Of a DNA stretch of 64,000 bases, positions 36,738 to 44,263 are shown piece after piece (the stretch's first letter is position 1; each line of letters starts with the position of its first letter). The stretch covers positions 7,277 through 71,276 of the forward strand of contig DASXUT010000035.1 of assembly GCA_036504675.1 (NCBI GenBank), in the 5' to 3' direction. Source of the stretch: Bacillota bacterium (GTDB lineage: Bacteria > Bacillota > Sulfobacillia > JAJYWN01 > JAJZPE01). The position numbers and the translations under genes were made by a program. Under the pieces are notes generated by a model. That model made no database searches, was not told the DNA's origin, and worked only from the letters and a program-made list of their open reading frames with translations.

Positions 36738-37262
36738 TCAGGTGCCTGGCCGTTCCTGGCGTTGCGTCAACGCCTGGCGGACGGCATCCTTCTCCTCGCC
36801 GGTCAGCTGATAGGTTGATTGGCCATCCTTGATCGGCTTGGCGTAGATGCGAGACTCGTCCCGGCCGAACAGGCTTGACAGGACGACTCCGTCCCGATGG
36901 CCGTCAATGAGGGCGAAGGAGAAGCTCAGATCGCTGCCGACGCCCTCGAAGGCGTTGAACCTGACCATACCGATGCCTTGAAAGCAGCGCCCGAGGCTCT
37001 CCAGGATGTCCTGGCGGGAGCGACGGAGGTCGGCCAAGTCCGTCTCGCTGTGGGTGAGCCGTTGGTCGATCGAGGCGAACAGGGCCTGCAGGTCGCGGCC
37101 CTGGGCATCACTGTATAGCCTTCGATACAAGCGGGCGTTCGCGAGCAGCCGACGATAGGCGAGGATGAAGATGGCCAGGGCGGTCAGCGTGACTGCGATG
37201 GCCAGGGCCAGCGCTATGGTCACGGGAACAAGTCGAGCGATGACGGCTTGGGAATCGAGCAT
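36738..37262 (-). CDS. DUF4446-family protein
   Basis: 174 aa with an N-terminal TM helix followed by the DUF4446-like core (LQALFASIDQRLTHSETDLADLRRS...GMVRFNAFEGVGSDLSFSFALIDGHRDGVVLSSLFGRDESRIYAKPI). Confidence 0.6.
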   Translation of the reverse strand: MLDSQAVIARLVPVTIALALAIAVTLTALAIFILAYRRLLANARLYRRLYSDAQGRDLQALFASIDQRLTHSETDLADLRRSRQDILESLGRCFQGIGMVRFNAFEGVGSDLSFSFALIDGHRDGVVLSSLFGRDESRIYAKPIKDGQSTYQLTGEEKDAVRQALTQRQERPGT

Positions 37263-37422
37263 TGACAGGATCCTCCTAGTCTGTTGAGCGAGTGCGCGCC
37301 GGGGACGGACAGGGCATCGCTTCTATTCAACAGGCTGTGGGCTTATCCTGCCGGGCGGACTTAAAGCCGGGCATCTACCTCCTTTATCGGTTGTTCGGGG
37401 GCGTAGGTTTAGCGGGGCTTCG

Positions 37423-37451
37423 TTGACAGGCTGCCCAGGATGTACTACGAT
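37423..37451 (+). promoter_or_regulatory. candidate sigma-A promoter for larBC (TTGACA-17-TACGAT)
   Basis: -35 TTGACA at 37423-37428, a 17-nt spacer, and -10 TACGAT at 37446-37451. A second TTGACAGG lies 25 nt downstream. Confidence 0.4.
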
Positions 37452-37481
37452 TTGCCTAGCGGTTGACAGGTGGTGGCTTAG

Positions 37482-38249
37482 TTGGAGGAGTCCTCCCTTC
37501 GGGAAATCCTCGAGCGTCTGCGGATCGGCTCCATCGGTGTGGATCAGGCGGTTGAGATCCTTCGGACCTTGCCGTACGAGGACCTCGAGTTCGCCAAGGT
37601 CGACCACCATAGACATCTTCGAACGGGATTCCCGGAGGTTGTCTTCTGTCAGGGAAAAACCATCCAGCAGGTTCTGGCCATCCTCGACCGGTTGGCTCGG
37701 GTCAACTCGCGGGTCATGGCCACCAGGGCCGGCCCGGAGCTCTATGAAGCGGCCAGGGCGCTTTGGCCGCATGCCGCTTATCGGGAGGCAGCCCGGGTTA
37801 TCGTCCTGGAGAAACCCGGTGTCAAGACACCGAAGCGGGTAGGGCGCGTCGTGGTGGCTTCGGGGGGCACGGCCGACATCCCGGTGGCCGAAGAGGCTGC
37901 GGTCACGGCTGAAGTCATGGGCGCAGAGGTGGAGCGGGTCTATGACGTCGGAGTAGCCGGTCTGCACCGGCTGCTGGACAAGCGGAAAGTGCTGACTGCT
38001 GGCCGCGTGATAGTCGCCGTCGCCGGGATGGAGGGGGCCCTGGCGAGCGTGGTGGCCGGGTTGGTGGACAAGCCGGTCATCGCCGTCCCCACCAGCGTCG
38101 GGTATGGCGCCAGCTTCGGTGGCTTGGCGGCCCTCCTGGCCATGCTCAACAGCTGCGCCGCCGGGGTCGGCGTGGTCAACATCGACAACGGCTTCGGTGC
38201 AGGCTACCTGGCCGCTCAGATCAACCGCCTGGGAGGAGAGGTCATTTGA
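37482..38249 (+). CDS. larB: nickel-pincer cofactor biosynthesis protein LarB (PurE-like carboxylase/hydrolase)
   Basis: 255 aa with the PurE-like fold motifs VVVASGGTADIPVAEEA...IVAVAGMEGALASVVAGL...VIAVPTSVGYG. Confidence 0.8.
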   Translation: MEESSLREILERLRIGSIGVDQAVEILRTLPYEDLEFAKVDHHRHLRTGFPEVVFCQGKTIQQVLAILDRLARVNSRVMATRAGPELYEAARALWPHAAYREAARVIVLEKPGVKTPKRVGRVVVASGGTADIPVAEEAAVTAEVMGAEVERVYDVGVAGLHRLLDKRKVLTAGRVIVAVAGMEGALASVVAGLVDKPVIAVPTSVGYGASFGGLAALLAMLNSCAAGVGVVNIDNGFGAGYLAAQINRLGGEVI

Positions 38250-39439
38250 GGGCGGCGTACTTCGATTGCTTTCATGGGGCCGCGGGAGACATGCTGGTCG
38301 GGGCCCTCTTGGATGCCGGCCTGTCGCTCTCGGACCTTCGGGATGGTTTGGCGACCCTCAATCTTGGTGGCTACACCATTCAAGCAGAGAAGGTCGATCG
38401 AGGGGGCCTCGTCGGCACGCACTTTCGGGTGGCCGTGGTCGACCCCGACCCGCCCCACCGGCACCTCTCGGACATCCTTGAACTGCTTCATGGGAGCCGC
38501 CTGCCCGCGCGGGTGCGGGCTCAGTCGGAGGGGGTCTTCTCTCGTCTGGCAAAGGCCGAGGCGGCCGTCCACGGCGTCTCGGTTGAAGCCGTCCATTTCC
38601 ATGAGGTCGGGGCGATCGACTCCATCATCGACGTAACCGGCGTGGTCCTCGGTCTTGAGCTCCTCGGGGTCGACCGGGTCTACGCCTCGGTGCTATCCGT
38701 GGGGCGAGGGACCGTGATGACTTCTCACGGGCTCCTGCCCGTTCCCGCCCCGGCCACGGCCAGGCTACTTGAGGGCTTTCCGATTCGCGAGGGACCTGGC
38801 GACGGCGAGCTCCTTACCCCTACCGCGGCGGCCTTGTTGACCCACCTCTCCATAGCCGTCGGGGCCTTGCCTGACCTGAGGGTCGAGGGCGTCGGGTACG
38901 GGGCGGGATCGCGCAACCCGGACACCCCGAACCTGGTTCGCGTAATGGTGGGACAGGTGGGTGAAGAGGGGAAAGACGTGGCAGGGCTGGAGCAGGACCG
39001 GGTGACCGTCCTCGAGGCGAACATCGATGATATGCCGGCCCTGGTGTTCAGCCACGTCTTTGAGCGCCTCTTCGAAGAGGGCGCCCTGGACGTCTACACC
39101 AGTCCCATCGGCATGAAGAAGTCCCGCCCTGGCGTCTTGCTAGGGGCCATTTGCCCCCCCGAGGTGGCCGGTCGGTTATCCCGCCTAATCCTGGTGGAGA
39201 CGACCACCCTCGGCGTGCGGGCCCATGACTGCCGGCGGATGGTCGCACCGCGCAGGATGATCTCAGTCGACACGCCCTACGGTCCGGTGCGGGTGAAGGT
39301 GGGACTTTCCGGGGAGCAACCTCAGGTGTCACCTGAGTATGAAGATTGCCGAGCCCTGGCCAGATTCGCTCGACAACCGTTGAAGACGATCTACGATGAA
39401 GCCCATCGCGCGGCCCTCTCAGTCTTGGGCTTGCGTTGA
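38246..39439 (+). CDS. larC: nickel insertion protein LarC (pyridinium-3,5-bisthiocarboxylate mononucleotide nickel chelatase)
   Basis: The N-terminus AAYFDCFHGAAGDMLVGALLDAGL and the motif HFHEVGAIDSIIDVTG are present. 397 aa. There is a 4-bp ATGA overlap with larB. Confidence 0.8.
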   Translation: MRAAYFDCFHGAAGDMLVGALLDAGLSLSDLRDGLATLNLGGYTIQAEKVDRGGLVGTHFRVAVVDPDPPHRHLSDILELLHGSRLPARVRAQSEGVFSRLAKAEAAVHGVSVEAVHFHEVGAIDSIIDVTGVVLGLELLGVDRVYASVLSVGRGTVMTSHGLLPVPAPATARLLEGFPIREGPGDGELLTPTAAALLTHLSIAVGALPDLRVEGVGYGAGSRNPDTPNLVRVMVGQVGEEGKDVAGLEQDRVTVLEANIDDMPALVFSHVFERLFEEGALDVYTSPIGMKKSRPGVLLGAICPPEVAGRLSRLILVETTTLGVRAHDCRRMVAPRRMISVDTPYGPVRVKVGLSGEQPQVSPEYEDCRALARFARQPLKTIYDEAHRAALSVLGLR

Positions 39440-40057
39440 CGCGACTCGCCCGGTGACGGCTTGGGGCCGGGGTCGAGGGGGGCAACAGCGGTTCGGCCTG
39501 TGGGTTTTCCGCCGGGGATCGCAGGCTGGGAATACTGCGGGCGCTCAGCCTCCAACTTCCCTTTGGCCGTGAAAGAAGAGGTTTCGCAAGTTGTGGCGGC
39601 GGGCAGGGAGCCCGCCGCCTCGCCGCTTCTGTCGCCCGGCGTCGAAATGGGTCTGCAGTCGCCGAGTCTCGTTGGCCAGTGGGCTCTGACTGGTCATCGG
39701 TGCGTGTTGCCTGGGAGTCGAGCCAGCGGGGCAAGGGGCCTGGGGGGACCCGTCGCCTGTCAGACTGGGTCGAACGGGCGAGAAAGGGTGTCTGGGTCGA
39801 GTCTCTTGGCACCCTCCCGGAGTGACTGTCGTGTCTCCTGGCTGCCCCGATACGGCTGGCACTGGCGAGTTTGGGTTCGCGGTCCCGCCAAGCGCCACAA
39901 GGCAGTGGCAGCTAGCGGCCAGGGGCAAGAGTAGCCGCCAGCGCGTACTGGCGGCTACGAGTCTCTGGGGCTTCCATCCGGCACGGGCGATTGGCGAGTG
40001 GCTCTTGCCCTCCCTGGGGCCTGGTCGGCCGCGCTTGGGCCCGCGCTTCTCCTCTCC

Positions 40058-40960
40058 CTACGTGGTAAGCACCCGAGAGCGCACCCCTGGGGTCGTGCCG
40101 GATGTGCCTCGAGTCAGGACCATGTCGAGGATCCTCTCGAGGTCCTCCCGGCTATAGTAGTCGATCTCGATTCTCCCCCGCGCCTTTCCTCTTAACTGCT
40201 TGACCCTAACCTGGGTCCCAAAGGCTCGTTGAAGGTTCTCCTCGACCTCGACCATCATCGGCTCACGATGGCGAGTGCTGGCCTTCGGTTTATTCTCCTT
40301 GTCGGCAGCCAGCTTCTTCGCCAGCTCCTCGGCTTGGCGGACCGATAGCTCCTTGGCCACAATCGCCTTCGCCAGGCGGAGGCGCAGATCATCCAGCTCA
40401 AGTGAGAGGATCGCCCGAGCATGTCCGGCGGAGAGTGTTCCACGTGAAACATCGTCCTTCAACTCCGCCGGAAGGCTCAGAAGCCGCAGTGAGTTGGCCA
40501 CCGCCGGCCGGCTCCGGCCTACCTTGTGGGCCACGTCCTCCTGAGTCAACGAGAACTCATCCATCAGTCGACGAAAAGCCTCCGCTTCTTCGAGCGGATT
40601 CAGGTCCTCGCGCTGCAGGTTCTCGACGAGGGCGATCTCCATGCTTTCCGCCTCGCCGAATTCGCTCACCACAACTGGAATCTCCCGCATCCCGGCCAGT
40701 TGCGCCGCCCGCCAACGCCGCTCCCCCGCCACCAGCTCGTACCCGTCGTTGACGGGCCTAACGAGAATCGGTTGCACGACACCGTGTTCCTTGATGGATT
40801 CCGAGAGCTCACGGAGCTTCTCTTGGTCCATCACCCGCCGCGGTTGGTATCGATTGGGCTTTATCCTGTCAATTTGAAGCCGAGACGCCTCCGAAGGGCC
40901 CTCGTCGCCCCCCGGCAACAGCGCCTCAAGCCCCCTGCCTAGCCCTCGTTGCTTGGGCAT
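40058..40960 (-). CDS. parB: chromosome partitioning protein ParB/Spo0J
   Basis: The ParB box GERRWRAAQLAG and the HTH are present. In track ORF 40058..41041 the first 27 aa are junk overlapping parA, so the start MPKQRGLGRGLEALL at about 40960 is preferred. Confidence 0.85.
   Translation of the reverse strand: MPKQRGLGRGLEALLPGGDEGPSEASRLQIDRIKPNRYQPRRVMDQEKLRELSESIKEHGVVQPILVRPVNDGYELVAGERRWRAAQLAGMREIPVVVSEFGEAESMEIALVENLQREDLNPLEEAEAFRRLMDEFSLTQEDVAHKVGRSRPAVANSLRLLSLPAELKDDVSRGTLSAGHARAILSLELDDLRLRLAKAIVAKELSVRQAEELAKKLAADKENKPKASTRHREPMMVEVEENLQRAFGTQVRVKQLRGKARGRIEIDYYSREDLERILDMVLTRGTSGTTPGVRSRVLTT
40436..40451 (+). other. parS centromere-like site inside the parB/spo0J coding region
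   Basis: Exact 16-bp palindrome TGTTCCACGTGAAACA, matching the Bacillus parS consensus tGTTNCACGTGAAACa. Confidence 0.6.
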
Positions 40961-41714
40961 GCATCGCAACCTCCTTGGCGAGCTCGGTGTAGACCTCTGC
41001 GCCCTTGGATTTGGGGTCGTAGGTGATGATCGGCTTCCCATACCCGGGAGCCTCGCTCAGTCGGATGTTCCGCGGGATGATTGTCTGATAGACTTTCTCC
41101 CGAAAGAATCGCTTGACTTCCTCCGCCACCTGGTTGGAGAGGTTCGTCCGCGCATCGTACATCGTCAGTACCACCCCTTCAAGCTGTAGCCCCGCGTTCA
41201 GCTGATTTTGGATGAGGTGGATCGTGTTCATCAACTGGGTCAGCCCCTCCAGCGCATAGTACTCACACTGGATGGGGACCAGTACCGAGTCAGCTGCGGT
41301 TAGTGCATTAACGGTCAGCAGTCCAAGGGAAGGCGGGCAGTCGATGAGGACGAACTCGTAGTCGTCGCGCACATCGGCCAGCGCCTTCTTCAGCTTGGTC
41401 TCCCGGGACAGGGCCGGCACCAGTTCGACCTCTGCACCCGCCAGGTCAATGGTCGACGGCACCAGGTCCAGCCCGCCCACCACGGTCTTCACGACGACCT
41501 CGCGCATCGGGACATCGTCAATCAGCACCTGGTAGATACATTGGGTAATCTTCTTCTTGTCGACTCCCAGACCGCTCGTGGTATTCCCCTGCGGATCGCT
41601 GTCGATGAGCAGCACCCGGTGACCCAGTGCTCCTAAGGCCGCCCCAAGATTGACCGCGGTCGTGGTCTTCCCCACTCCGCCTTTCTGGTTGGCGATGGCG
41701 ATAACTCTGCTCAT
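40926..41714 (-). CDS. parA: ParA/Soj chromosome partitioning ATPase
   Basis: Deviant Walker A IAIANQKGGVGKTTTAVNLGAAL. In track ORF 40926..42092 the first 126 aa are wrong-frame junk. ATG at 41714 (MSRVIAIANQKGG) has a GGGGTGA RBS. Confidence 0.9.
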   Translation of the reverse strand: MSRVIAIANQKGGVGKTTTAVNLGAALGALGHRVLLIDSDPQGNTTSGLGVDKKKITQCIYQVLIDDVPMREVVVKTVVGGLDLVPSTIDLAGAEVELVPALSRETKLKKALADVRDDYEFVLIDCPPSLGLLTVNALTAADSVLVPIQCEYYALEGLTQLMNTIHLIQNQLNAGLQLEGVVLTMYDARTNLSNQVAEEVKRFFREKVYQTIIPRNIRLSEAPGYGKPIITYDPKSKGAEVYTELAKEVAMHAQATRARQGA

Positions 41715-41937
41715 CCAATCACCCCATCCATTCCTTGAACCCCCGTCGACGACCCCTTGCTGTCTGTCCAGAACTTCGTCACTGAAAAACCCAGTTCCTT
41801 CTCTTCTTACCAGATATGCGCCCAACCGCTTCCCCCGCCCTTGACGCGGCCCGCCCATCCTACGGTCTCCCCCCGGGCCGCCAAAGACCAGCCGGCACTG
41901 GACTCGGTTCCGCCTTCCTCGAACCTGGCACATGCAG

Positions 41938-41969
41938 TCAAACAAAAAAGCGGTGCACGGCGCACCGCT
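41938..41969 (-). terminator. rho-independent terminator downstream of the ParM-like gene
   Basis: The minus strand reads AGCGGTGC-GCCGT-GCACCGCT followed by TTTTTTGTTT. The stem is 8 bp, perfect. Confidence 0.6.
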
Positions 41970-41997
41970 AGTTCGACCTTCGCACGGTAGGCGACCC

Positions 41998-43044
41998 TTA
42001 ATCCAGGAATCCGCCACCGTTCTCGCTCTTGAAGACCCGCCGGGCCAACTTGTGGAATCCTCTAGCGTTGGCCATTTGGGCGTTCTCGACAATCATCGCG
42101 TTGGGAAATTCTGTCATCAGATACTGCCCCAGAGGCTGCCCGCCCCCGCCGGTGATCAGAATCCGGTCGAGATCGCGATAGTCCCACAGGGAATCGACCA
42201 CCGTGATGAGCTTTGCAGCCACCCACTCGAGGGTTTCCTTCTTGAACTCGCTGAGGTCGTAACCCTTTCCGGCAATCCTGATCTCGCCCCGCTCGACGAT
42301 TTCGTCCATCTCCCAGTTCTCTTTGTCAATGGCGAAGATCTCCCGGAGCTTGCCGGCAATGATCCCATAGGCGCTGGCCAGGCCAGTGGTAGTCGACGTG
42401 CTCAGCCGGTCGATGAACTCCATCCCGTCGGCCACGGCGAAATCGGCTGTCTTGAACCCGATGTCGATGATCCCCACCTTGGCCCGGCTGAGGTCCTGGT
42501 CAACAACGCGCCCGGTGTCATCGAGGGTCTGATCGTACAACGTCCCAAACGGCTGCGGAACCACCTTGACCTTGTCCACGTCCAGGACCAGATCGCGATC
42601 GCCATTGCCCTCATGCACCGTCAGCTCGTGCGCCCCCCGCAGGGCCTCCGCCAGCCCGTCCCGGTAACTCGCGTAGTAGTTGGTCGGGAGGCCGGTGACG
42701 ACGTTGAACGATTGCTGCGGTTCCGAGGCGAAGACGCTCAACCCGGCAAGGAGCAACACCTTGACATTCTTGTCCTGAACGCGATTCGGATCCAGGGAGC
42801 GGGCGGCGATCTCACTCTGGCGAACGGCCAGCCTCCCCACGAAGTACCGTCGTCCACCAACGCTGACCATCAGGTTGTCCACCAATCGGCTTCGGTCGGT
42901 GAACTCAGACTGGTACGATAGCGGCTGGCCAAGCCCCACTACGCTTGGGAAGAGGCATTCCTTCTCCCCATCGGTGACCTTGACAAACCCGTACCCGAGG
43001 TCGATCCCGAGACCCTTCTTGCTCAAAGAACGCTCCACCTCCAT
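41998..43044 (-). CDS. ParM/StbA-family actin-like ATPase (stand-alone, chromosomal)
   Basis: Actin-fold motifs GIDLGYGFVKV (phosphate-1), RYFVGRLA, VGIIDIGFKTADFAV (phosphate-2), and ILITGGGG (adenosine) are present. 349 aa from ATG 43044 with a GGAAGGAA RBS. The track start at 43101 lies inside the upstream terminator U-tract and is rejected. Confidence 0.75.
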   Translation of the reverse strand: MEVERSLSKKGLGIDLGYGFVKVTDGEKECLFPSVVGLGQPLSYQSEFTDRSRLVDNLMVSVGGRRYFVGRLAVRQSEIAARSLDPNRVQDKNVKVLLLAGLSVFASEPQQSFNVVTGLPTNYYASYRDGLAEALRGAHELTVHEGNGDRDLVLDVDKVKVVPQPFGTLYDQTLDDTGRVVDQDLSRAKVGIIDIGFKTADFAVADGMEFIDRLSTSTTTGLASAYGIIAGKLREIFAIDKENWEMDEIVERGEIRIAGKGYDLSEFKKETLEWVAAKLITVVDSLWDYRDLDRILITGGGGQPLGQYLMTEFPNAMIVENAQMANARGFHKLARRVFKSENGGGFLD

Positions 43045-43097
43045 GTGGTTTCCATTCCTTCCCGATCCGTGGTCAGGAATCGGAGCCTGCTTCAAAG

Positions 43098-43268
43098 ACA
43101 TAAAAACCCGCCTTTCTGGATGCCGAAAAGGCGGGTCTACCCCAATACCAACCCTCCTTCGGTAGCCCGGCCGTCCTAGCTCTCGCCTTAGACCCGTGGC
43201 TTTGCGTCCCTGCCTTTCGACAGGTTTGCCTTTATCGGGACGGATCTATATCCTTTTGCTGTGCCCTT
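43098..43268 (-). promoter_or_regulatory. class-I c-di-GMP riboswitch (GEMM motif) with terminator/antiterminator expression platform
   Basis: The minus-strand RNA reads GGGCACAG...AGGCAAACCUGUCGAAAGGCAGGGACGCAAAGCCACGGGUCUAAGGC. This matches the Vc2-type consensus GGGCAAACCnnnnGAAAnnnnGGGACGCAAAGCCnCCGGnCUAA, with a compensatory P2 stem (CCUGUC/GGCAGG) around a GAAA tetraloop. Downstream, UAGACCCGCCUUU can pair either with the aptamer segment CGGGUCUA or in the terminator CCCGCCUUU-loop-AAAGGCGGG followed by UUUUUA (43100-43135). Confidence 0.7.
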
Positions 43269-43277
43269 CCTAATTCA

Positions 43278-43306
43278 CCATAATTCGCCAAACTCCTGCT
43301 TGTCAA
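43278..43306 (-). promoter_or_regulatory. sigma-A promoter driving the riboswitch leader (TTGACA-17-TTATGG)
   Basis: On the minus strand TTGACA (43301-43306) is followed by a 17-nt spacer and TTATGG (43278-43283). It sits immediately after the TAA stop of the noc-like gene. Confidence 0.45.
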
Positions 43307-43316
43307 GAAGAATTTT

Positions 43317-44180
43317 TTACTTCCGGAGCTTCCCCGACGCCGACCCGGCCTGCTCCCTCGGGATGCGCACGGTCACCTCGATGAACTCCCCCCGGTCGGC
43401 TTCGCTCATCTGCGCCCTGACCCCCGCATCACGCAGGGTCTTTACCGCCTGGCGGAAGGTGTTCAGGAAAATGCGGACATCCTTGAATACCCTCAGCACC
43501 CTTTGACCCTTCCCTCCCGCGGTCTCTATTTCGCGGGAAATTTGCTCGAGGGTCTCCGCCACCAACTCCTCCGTCCGCCGAACTGAGAGGCCCTCCTGGG
43601 CGATGCGCTGGGCTATCTTCCCGGCCAGTCTGCCATCTTCCAGGCGGAGCAGGGCCCGGGCGTGGGTCTCGCTTAGCCGGCCCCCCCGGACCATCTCCTG
43701 CACGGGCGGGTCGAGCTTCAACAGCCTTAGCTTGTTGGCAATGGCCGGTTGGCTGCGACCAAGCCGTTGGCCCAACTCCTCTTGGGTCAGCCCGTGTTCC
43801 TCGATGAGCCGCTTATACCCGACCGCCTCTTCCAGGCAGTTCAGGTCCTCGCGCTGAAGGTTCTCGACCAGACTCAGGATGGCCTGGTCGATCCCACCCA
43901 TACTACGAACGATGACCGGCACTCGCTCGAGTCCGGCCATCTTAGCTGCCCTAAGGCGCCTTTCCCCGGCGACGAGCTCGTAGCCTCCGTCAGACAACTG
44001 CCTGACCACCAGGGGCTGAAGGACGCCATGCTCTCGCAGGGAGGCCGACAGCTCAGACAGCTTCGCCGGGTCAAACTGCTTCCGCGGTTGGTACGGGTTT
44101 ATCTTGATTCGGTCCAAAGCAACGTCGATTACCACGGTGCCGCCTTCCGGCCTGGCTCTTGCGGCCTCGTCCCCTGGCAT
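43317..44180 (-). CDS. ParB-family protein in the Noc (nucleoid occlusion) position
   Basis: ParB box GERRLRAAKMAG, an HTH, and 287 aa. It sits directly after rsmG as noc does in Bacillus. ATG at 44180 with an AGGGAGGG RBS about 9 nt upstream is preferred over GTG at 44189. Confidence 0.8.
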   Translation of the reverse strand: MPGDEAARARPEGGTVVIDVALDRIKINPYQPRKQFDPAKLSELSASLREHGVLQPLVVRQLSDGGYELVAGERRLRAAKMAGLERVPVIVRSMGGIDQAILSLVENLQREDLNCLEEAVGYKRLIEEHGLTQEELGQRLGRSQPAIANKLRLLKLDPPVQEMVRGGRLSETHARALLRLEDGRLAGKIAQRIAQEGLSVRRTEELVAETLEQISREIETAGGKGQRVLRVFKDVRIFLNTFRQAVKTLRDAGVRAQMSEADRGEFIEVTVRIPREQAGSASGKLRK

Positions 44181-44263
44181 CCGGCCCACCCCTCCCTGGA
44201 GGTTGGCGTGACCCTCGCCGCCCCTCTCTTGTCTAATAAGCCATTTCGCCGCTCTCAGCGGGA

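Noticed and set aside
39048-39934. ORFs of 254 aa (minus), 157 aa (plus) and 127 aa (minus) in the larC-spo0J gap
   Set aside because: The translations are Trp/Cys/Arg-rich with no RBS-start pairing. They are treated as non-coding and the region is flagged instead as a candidate structured RNA.
39440-40057. tmRNA, RNase P RNA or SRP RNA in the 600-bp gap
   Set aside because: No tRNA-like GGTTCGAATCC T-loop, no GGAAAGTCCGG P4-type motif and no SRP domain-IV motif were found by eye. A covariance-model search is still needed.
41715-41937. Promoter for soj-spo0J between the ParM terminator and parA
   Set aside because: Several weak -35/-10-like hexamers (TTGACT, TATCTG) are present but none is properly spaced, so no call was made.
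43045-43101. ORF-track start of the ParM-like gene at 43101 (MSLKQAPIPDHGSGRNGNH...)
   Set aside because: That ATG lies within the U-tract of the riboswitch terminator and has no RBS. The downstream ATG at 43044 with GGAAGGAA is used instead.
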